DNA of 62,753 nucleotides, the filler included, from Candidatus Woesearchaeota archaeon (GTDB lineage: Archaea; Nanobdellota; Nanobdellia; Woesearchaeales; BM511), in the NCBI GenBank assembly GCA_023266675.1. It is 3 parts of 3 records of this genome, joined end to end, with 100 filler letters (N's around TTAATTAATTAA, not from the genome) between each part and the next. Parts side by side here need not be neighbours in the genome. Positions count along the whole stretch, not along the records: positions 55,373 to 62,753 come from JAHFPP010000062.1; 2 more parts are not named here. One strand, given 5' to 3'. The translations under genes were made by a program, and so were the position numbers. The notes under the pieces were generated by a model that was not told where the DNA came from, ran no database searches, and was given only the letters and a program-made list of their open reading frames with translations. Position 1 is the stretch's first letter. Every line of letters begins with the position of its first letter. Shown piece by piece: positions 55,989 through 62,753 of the stretch.

Positions 55989-56552
55989 TTACTTTTTATT
56001 AAAATATTTTGTAACAGCCATCCCGACTCCATATCCAATAAGCGCGCCAAAAGCCACGTCGGAGAAATAATGGTATGAGAAGTAGAGTCTTGAAAAAATT
56101 ATCAATAGCGCAATTGCTAGCCAAACAATTTTTAGTTTTCTAAACTCTTCGTCAATGACTGCAAGCACCGCAAATGAAAGCGCTGCGTGTGCAGACGGAA
56201 AAGAATAATCGGCAAAGTGAAAAACTGTGTACATTTCGCCAAGCATTCGAGGGCGCTGCACTATGAATTTGAGTATATATACTATAACAAACGTTGCTAC
56301 AAATGAAACCCAAAGCGGGAGTATTCCTTCTTTTTTATTTTTTGAATAAAGATAAACTGACACCATTGTCAAAAGCGGTAAAAACAGCGCAAGATTGTAA
56401 GAAAATACTGCCAATATATAATCAAGAAAAACGTTTCTTATAATATAGACACCCTCTACTATGTAGCTGTCAATAAAAAAGCTTATTAGGCATAGAAAAA
56501 TCAAAACTGCTAAAATTACCTTCTCTTCCTTATCAAAGCTTATCTTTTTCAT
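55989..56552 (-). CDS. PAP2-family membrane phosphatase
   Basis: K......RP, SFPSAH, SRLY...HY.SDV. Confidence 0.93.
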   Translation of the reverse strand: MKKISFDKEEKVILAVLIFLCLISFFIDSYIVEGVYIIRNVFLDYILAVFSYNLALFLPLLTMVSVYLYSKNKKEGILPLWVSFVATFVIVYILKFIVQRPRMLGEMYTVFHFADYSFPSAHAALSFAVLAVIDEEFRKLKIVWLAIALLIIFSRLYFSYHYFSDVAFGALIGYGVGMAVTKYFNKK

Positions 56553-57799
56553 ATTATCTTTATTCTGTCTGCTTTATCCTTAATAAAATCTTCCTTGATT
56601 AATGACGCTACAAGCGATTTTGGAGTTGTAAATTTTCTTTTCACATTCGCGTAAAGCCTATTGTTTTTTTCAAAGTAATCCTTATTTTTCTTCTTGAAAT
56701 CTTCGCAGCTTTTCTTTTTCATTAGCGGCGGGCCTTCTCTCACAAAAGTTTCTGAAAGCGTTTTCTCGTTAACTAAAAAATACATCTGCGATTTTCTTTT
56801 CCTGTCCCATTTCCAGTCAGTCTCAGAAATGCTAAAACCGAAAAGCGTAAGCTGTTTTTTCACATGTTCAAATATCTTTAGAAGTTTTGCGCCGACAATA
56901 TCACGTTTTCCGCTGCACGCGTCAATCTCTAGCGCAATAAANNNNNNNNNNTATTTTTTCCCAAAATTCTTTTTTATCTTTTCAATATCAAATTCACTTA
57001 CTTCAAAAAATTTCTTTGATGGATTTGCTAAAAACATTTTTGAGGCGTTTACAAAAACATTGAATTTTTCCTCGCTGATTGCTGCAGCGGCGTTTCTCTG
57101 TGGTTGCACTGGGTCAACAATTATGAGCGGACCAAAAGTCTTCGACTGGTCTATGTTCTTTATCGGTGTTTTCCAGTGGTGTTCAATGTCAATAACCACT
57201 TTTGGAGTCCACTTGCTTGCGGCTTTTAATAGTTTCAAAAATCCGCCATAATATATAATCAATATATCCATAGTGTGACCTGAAAACCCCTGAATATAAC
57301 TCTCGGCGCCATAAATCTTTTGTGCTTTGCAGAATCTTTTTGCAAGCCTTATATCATCGCGAAGCTTATTATTAAGTTTTTTATTCACCCATATAACGTG
57401 GTGAGGGCTCATGTCAGTAACGTTCTCAATCTCATCTGGTGACTTTACAAACAGCGTTGGTATAATCTCATAATCAATCTCTCCTTTTTTTATCTGAAAA
57501 TAATCCCGCGAACCATGAACAGTTATTGGCTTAAGGCTTTTCAATGCATCTCCTAGTATGTTTGAAATGTTTTCTTTTTTGTACTTATAATCAAATATCA
57601 CAAAAAGGTCAACGTCATGGTCGTCTTTTAGAAATGTGCCTTTTGCTGTTGAGCCGCCTTTGACGCACTTCGCTTTGATTTTAGCTTTTTTTAAAATAGA
57701 ATTAATATTGGTTATAAATCTGTCAACTTCTATTAGCGAAAGGTCATCAGGTCTTATCTCCTTTTTTACTTTCTTAAGTATTTCATCCAATTTTCCCAT
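56549..57799 (-). CDS. cca: CCA-adding enzyme (archaeal class I); 10-N gap at 56942-56951
   Basis: GGSTAKGTFL...DVDLF, YGAE....GFSG, DPV...RN.AAA. Confidence 0.95.
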   Translation of the reverse strand: MGKLDEILKKVKKEIRPDDLSLIEVDRFITNINSILKKAKIKAKCVKGGSTAKGTFLKDDHDVDLFVIFDYKYKKENISNILGDALKSLKPITVHGSRDYFQIKKGEIDYEIIPTLFVKSPDEIENVTDMSPHHVIWVNKKLNNKLRDDIRLAKRFCKAQKIYGAESYIQGFSGHTMDILIIYYGGFLKLLKAASKWTPKVVIDIEHHWKTPIKNIDQSKTFGPLIIVDPVQPQRNAAAAISEEKFNVFVNASKMFLANPSKKFFEVSEFDIEKIKKNFGKKXXXXFIALEIDACSGKRDIVGAKLLKIFEHVKKQLTLFGFSISETDWKWDRKRKSQMYFLVNEKTLSETFVREGPPLMKKKSCEDFKKKNKDYFEKNNRLYANVKRKFTTPKSLVASLIKEDFIKDKADRIKII

Positions 57800-57916
57800 G
57801 GAGGGCAATAATAAAACATCATATATAAATAGTGCGGTTAGTTTGGTTTTATAAAACAACTTTTGGTTCTACAAAAATAGAAAGTGGCTTTGGTTAAAAG
57901 AAAAATTAGGTTATTC

Positions 57917-58360
57917 TTACTGCTTTCCGAAGCTTAATTCTCTACTCTGTCTAGTGTGTGCTATTCCAGCGTTGTAGTCATCTCCTATTCTTAATCTGCC
58001 ATCCTCATTTAAAGTTGGAAAGAAATGTGGGTTATAAAATGGTCGAATATTATCATTGTCATAAAGAACACTCCCATCTTTTGTAATAATAGACATAATT
58101 GCATCAGGTGAACTAAGAAATGGAATTCCAATTGTACTTTTCATAATTTTTCTTCCCTTAAAAACATCACTGTCTTGCATCTCTTCAGGAACTTTTTCCA
58201 AATATGTTACAACAACACTAGAATAGGGTGTTACTTCTTTTAGTTTTCCTCTAATTAATCTTTGCTGATTCATTTGATCAACATAAGTAACACTTACGAT
58301 TTCTCCAAGATGTTTTGGAAGTTTTACCATTGATTCAATTCTTTCAGTTTGATTCATCAT
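57917..58360 (-). CDS. Hypothetical protein
   Basis: 147-aa ORF with an upstream TTTATAAA box. Confidence 0.6.
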   Translation of the reverse strand: MMNQTERIESMVKLPKHLGEIVSVTYVDQMNQQRLIRGKLKEVTPYSSVVVTYLEKVPEEMQDSDVFKGRKIMKSTIGIPFLSSPDAIMSIITKDGSVLYDNDNIRPFYNPHFFPTLNEDGRLRIGDDYNAGIAHTRQSRELSFGKQ

Positions 58361-58705
58361 TTTAATTGCCTATAAACATAGTATAAATTAATACTTTATA
58401 AACTTTTCTTTTTGTAATCACTATTAAGTACTAATTAATAACTAAGAACACCAAATTAACCCCCTTACAGTTGTTTGACTCAAATTCATTGCTTATCTTA
58501 TAATTGGACCTTTCTGTAAAGAACTTATATAATTGATTATCTTGCATAATTTTACTACTCAGTTAATGGCACAATTTAACACGTGGTTACTTATTCCAAA
58601 ACATTTTTAAATACTATTGACGAAGGAAAGAGTGCCAAAAATCGTTAGATTTTTAAATAGGTGCAATTTTCTAGAGCATATCACAATAATAAGGGTGAAT
58701 AATCT

Positions 58706-59128
58706 ATGTCAGAAGAAATGGGAAATGTTAAACTTGCAAGCGTTGGCGGCATGAAGAAAGGAAACTACATCATAATCGAAGGCGTTGCAAGCACAGTTGT
58801 TGATACTCAAACATCAAGGCCTGGAAAACACGGTCACGCAAAAGTAAGATTATCCGCAGTAGGACTAATCGACGGCAAAAAAAGAATAGTTGTAATGCCA
58901 GGGCACGACAACGTTGAAGTTCCAATCATTGAAAAAAAGACAGCGCAGGTTCTATCAATAACTGGCGACATGGCAAACGTCATGGACTCAGAGTCATACG
59001 AAACATTCGATATGAAAATACCTGACGAAATGAAAGAAGAAGTCAAGGAAGGTGTATCAATACTTTACTGGACAATCCTAAATGACAAAGTCATGAAACA
59101 GGTAAAATCAGCTGACGCTCAGCAATAA
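58706..59128 (+). CDS. eif5a: Translation factor aIF5A
   Basis: SRPGKHGHAK hypusine motif, VPIIEK..AQV, MD.E.YETF. Confidence 0.97.
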   Translation: MSEEMGNVKLASVGGMKKGNYIIIEGVASTVVDTQTSRPGKHGHAKVRLSAVGLIDGKKRIVVMPGHDNVEVPIIEKKTAQVLSITGDMANVMDSESYETFDMKIPDEMKEEVKEGVSILYWTILNDKVMKQVKSADAQQ

Positions 59129-59170
59129 TAATAATAATAATAAAAATAAACATAACAAAGGTGAACAAAT

Positions 59171-59332
59171 TTGTCAAAATTCCCAGAAACCGAAGCACGA
59201 AAATTCAAAAACATGTTTGTATGCAGACGATGCAAAACAAAAATAAGAGCTCACAACATGAAAGTGCTTGCAGGAAAGATCAAGTGCAGAAATTGCAATT
59301 CAAAAACATTAAGGCCTGTAAGGAAGAAATGA
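59171..59332 (+). CDS. rpl40e: 50S ribosomal protein eL40 (TTG start; not in the ORF track)
   Basis: MSKFPETEARKFKNMFVCRRCKTKIRAHNMKVLAGKIKCRNCNSKTLRPVRKK*; SD AGGTGA. Confidence 0.92.
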   Translation: MSKFPETEARKFKNMFVCRRCKTKIRAHNMKVLAGKIKCRNCNSKTLRPVRKK

Positions 59333-59339
59333 ACTTAAA

Positions 59340-60539
59340 ATGGGTTTTCTAAACTCTTTTCTTAACTTTTTTATTGAAAACAAGTGGATACTATTATTCT
59401 ATTTAGCAATATTCCTAATAGTTTATACAAACAGAAAAAAGTTTGAGATACAGGCTAAAGTAATAGCACTTTACAGAACAAAGTTTGGTGTAAACGCGAT
59501 ACACAAGTTTGCTAAAAATCACTCAGAATTTATAAAAATAATGGGATACATTGGTATAGGTGTAGGCTTTATAGGGTTGATTACCATCTCAGGAATGATG
59601 TTAAAAGCTCTTTGGGATTTATTCTTTATTCCACATGCTCCTGCAGCTGTATCATTAATTATACCTGGCGTTAAAATACCAGGTTCGTCAATCTTTGTGC
59701 CATTCTGGTACGGAATAATTGCGCTGTTCTTTGTTGTGCTGATACACGAGTTCTCCCACGGAATAGTTGCAGCATCGCACGGACTTAAAATAAAACACAC
59801 AGGAATAGTTTTCTTTGGACCAATCATCGGCGCATTTGTTGAGCCTGATGAAAAGGAAATAAAAAAACAAAGCGATGTAGTTCAATATTCAATATTTGCA
59901 GCAGGGCCGTTTTCAAACGTTATACTTGCAGGAATAGCAATTGCACTAATGGTTTTTGTCTTTGCACCAATACATAGCTCACTCACAGACGAAGTAGGAG
60001 TAAGCTTTAGCGCAATTCAAAACAACACGCCTGCAGAAAAATCAGGGTTATACTATAATATGACACTAATAAAAGCTGATGACACCAAAATAAAAGGATT
60101 ATCAGAATTTGAGAGTTTTCTAACCTATGTAAAGCCAAACCAGACAATAACCATTTATTCAGATAAAAATGAAAACTTTACGATTGTAACAACAACTCAT
60201 CCTGACAATCCAAAAAAAGGATACCTTGGAGTAATCGGCGCTCATAGTGTAACCAAACTTAAAAATGACGCAGCAGTCTTTAAATTTGCAGATTCATCAA
60301 CAATCATAATATCAACACTTCTACTCTGGATTTACATACTAAGCCTTGGGATTGGTCTTGCAAATCTTTTGCCACTAGGACCTGTTGATGGAGGACGAAT
60401 ACTTCAGACAGCGCTTCACAAAACAACAGGCACAGAGAAGAAAGGCAATGTCATATGGCATAAAGTCACATTATTAACAATATTAGTCCTTTTGATATTA
60501 TTACTTATGCCAATATTCAGAAGCGTAATAAAATTCTAA
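59340..60539 (+). CDS. Site-2 protease (M50) with PDZ-like domain
   Basis: HEFSH, GAFVEP, AGP.SN, NLLP..P.DGG. Confidence 0.94.
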   Translation: MGFLNSFLNFFIENKWILLFYLAIFLIVYTNRKKFEIQAKVIALYRTKFGVNAIHKFAKNHSEFIKIMGYIGIGVGFIGLITISGMMLKALWDLFFIPHAPAAVSLIIPGVKIPGSSIFVPFWYGIIALFFVVLIHEFSHGIVAASHGLKIKHTGIVFFGPIIGAFVEPDEKEIKKQSDVVQYSIFAAGPFSNVILAGIAIALMVFVFAPIHSSLTDEVGVSFSAIQNNTPAEKSGLYYNMTLIKADDTKIKGLSEFESFLTYVKPNQTITIYSDKNENFTIVTTTHPDNPKKGYLGVIGAHSVTKLKNDAAVFKFADSSTIIISTLLLWIYILSLGIGLANLLPLGPVDGGRILQTALHKTTGTEKKGNVIWHKVTLLTILVLLILLLMPIFRSVIKF

Positions 60540-60576
60540 AGGTAATTTTAAATACCTTATACTCTTTCTTAATATT

Positions 60577-61269
60577 ATGATAACAGTAGTTCTCGTCGAA
60601 CCTGAAAATGAGGGAAACATTGGCGCGGTTTCGCGCGCAATGGCAAACTTTGACTTAGAAAACCTGGTTATAATCAAGCCTAAGTGCAATCATCTTTCGC
60701 AAGATGCCCGCCGCCGCTCTGTTCACGCGACAAAAATTCTTGAAGATGCAAAAATCGTAAAAAGCTTTGTAACACTAAAAAAGTTTGATTATGTCGTTGG
60801 CACAACATCCCAGATGGGAACAGACTATAATATCACACGCTCACCTCTTCTTCCACACGAGTTTGCAGAGAAGATTCCAAAAAATAGCAGCGTCGCGCTG
60901 GTTCTTGGGCGCGAGTCGCATGGACTCTCAAACAAGGAGCTTGAACTGTGTGACTTTGTTGTTACAATTCCATCATCAAAAAAATATCATTCAATAAATT
61001 TGTCTCACGCGGCAATAATCCTGTTTTATGAATTGTATAAAGTGCATGGTGACAATAAGATAACAAGCCACATTCCGTCGGCCACAAAAAAAGAGAAAGA
61101 AGTGATTATAGGTGCCTTTAGTAGTATTCTTGACAGCATCGAGTTCTCAACAAAGGAAAAAAAGCAGACTCAAAAAATCGTCTGGAAAAAACTATTTAGT
61201 AAAGCAATGCTCACAAAAAGAGAAGCATTCGCAGTGATTGGGCTTTTAAAGAAAATAGCTAAAAAGTAA
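60577..61269 (+). CDS. trmJ: tRNA C32/U32 2'-O-methyltransferase TrmJ (SPOUT)
   Basis: VVLVEP...GNIGAVSRAM.NF, GRE..GLSN.EL..CD, SINLSHA. Confidence 0.92.
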   Translation: MITVVLVEPENEGNIGAVSRAMANFDLENLVIIKPKCNHLSQDARRRSVHATKILEDAKIVKSFVTLKKFDYVVGTTSQMGTDYNITRSPLLPHEFAEKIPKNSSVALVLGRESHGLSNKELELCDFVVTIPSSKKYHSINLSHAAIILFYELYKVHGDNKITSHIPSATKKEKEVIIGAFSSILDSIEFSTKEKKQTQKIVWKKLFSKAMLTKREAFAVIGLLKKIAKK

Positions 61270-61550
61270 GCTGGTGTGCGGACACGTCACCTCTTTTTTG
61301 ATATGCAAAGATCCTGTCACCAATCCTTAACTAAAACTTTGTTGTGAGCCAAAGCTTTAATGCAAAAGCCTCTTCCGCCGTACTAGTCAAAGATGCATCA
61401 AAATACCGTTTCTCACACCGATATTGTGCCGTAATTGACCTTAGCATGGTTAAAGACAGTTGCATGGTCGATGCTTTCACAGGAGTAGATGCAAACAGCG
61501 TATGCCCTACACCCCCCAGCACTCTTTACAAAACCACAAAGATTTACTCA
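61270..61550 (-). ncRNA. Unassigned structured non-coding RNA
   Basis: Long-range pairing with many G-U pairs on the minus strand; BRE/TATA AAAGGTATTTATATA at about 61590-61576. Confidence 0.65.
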
Positions 61551-61671
61551 AGAGCAAACATCTTTTGGTTAAATATATATAAATACCTTTGCATAAAAAA
61601 GTATTTCTCTTCAAGCCACAACTCGTTAGTGTAAGGCAAACTTAATATACAACCAAACCTAAAAACCTGTT

Positions 61672-62211
61672 ATGGACGACATAGTAAAGACTGACATCTT
61701 AAAAGTTCTAAATTCAGCATCTATGATGATAGAGAAAGGTGACACAATGGGGTTAAAGGAGCTTTCAAACCACACAATCCACAACGCATCAATCTTCCAG
61801 GATGAAGACTCAGTAACAATCGCTGTCATAATATATACGCTCGCCAAGATCTTTGAGCGAGAAAACCGCTGCGAGATGTCAATTGTTCCAATAATCAACA
61901 GTGCAAAGAAAAATCTTTTTGAAAACAACCTTGAATCATATAAATTGAACTTGACAAAAATTTACACTCACATAAAAAACCATGATTCAAAAAATAAGCT
62001 TTACATCCAGGAAGTCATACAGCAGGCAGGAGTTAAGAAGAGCTCAAAAATCTATGACCACGGAGTATCTTTAGGACAGGCTGCAAGTATTCTTGGTGTT
62101 TCGCAATGGGAACTTATGGAATATATTGGAAACACGAGCATCACTGACAATTTTGAGCCTGACAACTTAAAAAAACGGCTGTCAACGGCAAGAAAACTTT
62201 TTGGAGGATAA
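61672..62211 (+). CDS. Hypothetical protein with C-terminal UPF0175-like HTH
   Basis: G.SLGQAASILGVSQWEL. Confidence 0.7.
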   Translation: MDDIVKTDILKVLNSASMMIEKGDTMGLKELSNHTIHNASIFQDEDSVTIAVIIYTLAKIFERENRCEMSIVPIINSAKKNLFENNLESYKLNLTKIYTHIKNHDSKNKLYIQEVIQQAGVKKSSKIYDHGVSLGQAASILGVSQWELMEYIGNTSITDNFEPDNLKKRLSTARKLFGG

Positions 62212-62218
62212 ACTTAAT

Positions 62219-62404
62219 ATGGAAAACAAGTCATTTGAAGTCAAATTTGTTCTTGACAAAAACAATAACATTCAGACGCAGATAAGCAACAAGGGAGTTT
62301 CCCCAACAGAAGCTATCGGGCTTCTTGAGATGGTAAAAGACCAGATGATGGATAATCTTCGTAAAGGAAGAAAGAACATGTTTGATATTAAGGGAGACTT
62401 ATGA
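62219..62404 (+). CDS. Small hypothetical protein
   Basis: 61 aa, SD GGAGG upstream; EAIGLLEMVK. Confidence 0.65.
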   Translation: MENKSFEVKFVLDKNNNIQTQISNKGVSPTEAIGLLEMVKDQMMDNLRKGRKNMFDIKGDL

Positions 62405-62485
62405 AATCCGACCTTTTACAAAAAGCTCGACCAAAACACGGCGGGTTGTAAATGCAACCCACCTAATATAAAAAAAGGATAAAAA

Positions 62486-62753
62486 ATGAAATCAATAATT
62501 TTTGACACTGGACCGATAATCAGCCTTGCAACAAACAACCTGCTCTCAGTATTCAAAAAGTTAAAGGAGTCATTTAACGGAGAGTTTTACATAACAACTG
62601 CTGTCAAGAAGGAAGTAATTGAACGCCCGCTTGATTCAAAACGATACAAGTTTGAGGCGCTTCAGGTGTTAAAACAGTATCAGGACGGCGTTTTCAAATT
62701 ATACGACGCAACTCAGCTGAAAGAGAAAACAGAAAAACTGATGTTTCTTGCAA
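62486..62753 (+). CDS. PIN-domain protein, 3'-truncated by the window edge
   Basis: MKSIIFDTGPIISL...YITTAVKKEV. Confidence 0.8.
   Translation, partial: MKSIIFDTGPIISLATNNLLSVFKKLKESFNGEFYITTAVKKEVIERPLDSKRYKFEALQVLKQYQDGVFKLYDATQLKEKTEKLMFLA

Noticed and set aside
59124..59143. (AAT)n run after aIF5A
   Set aside because: Short low-complexity tract overlapping the stop codon in AT-rich DNA
59161..59352. 63-aa ORF in the track
   Set aside because: Wrong frame; the overlapping frame encodes eL40
61331..61634. Short ORFs on both strands, and naming the region RNase P or SRP RNA
   Set aside because: The ORFs lack motifs and overlap the structured RNA; the diagnostic RNase P and SRP motifs were not found

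Overview
AT-rich archaeal DNA, most likely from a DPANN/Woesearchaeota-like metagenome-assembled genome. This is inferred from archaeal-type r-proteins (eS4, eL19, eL32, eL40), aIF5A, a class I CCA-adding enzyme and a single-chain fused PriS-PriL primase. Two artificial N44-TTAATTAATTAA-N44 linkers (28228-28327, 55273-55372) split the window into three contigs whose adjacency is not established. Contig 1 holds the S10/spc r-protein operon with a structured 5' leader, the fused primase, an array of seven class III signal-peptide (pilin-like) genes including a 999-aa giant, two AglB-like GT-C membrane proteins, an unusual tRNA (Ser-like body, GAT anticodon, T-loop intron) and a repeat/palindrome-rich candidate origin. 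Contig 2 is accessory: malic enzyme, an SRPBCC/VOC cluster, frameshifted glgC, a secreted MltB-type lytic transglycosylase, a chimeric pseudogene, tandem Lrp regulators, two DUF3494 ice-binding proteins, a bacterial-type stress gene cluster, a MITE-like element and an ABC-2 exporter. Contig 3 is mostly housekeeping (cca, aIF5A, eL40, S2P, trmJ) and contains an unassigned ~250-280 nt structured RNA. All calls come from reading motifs by eye; no searches or folding programs were run.
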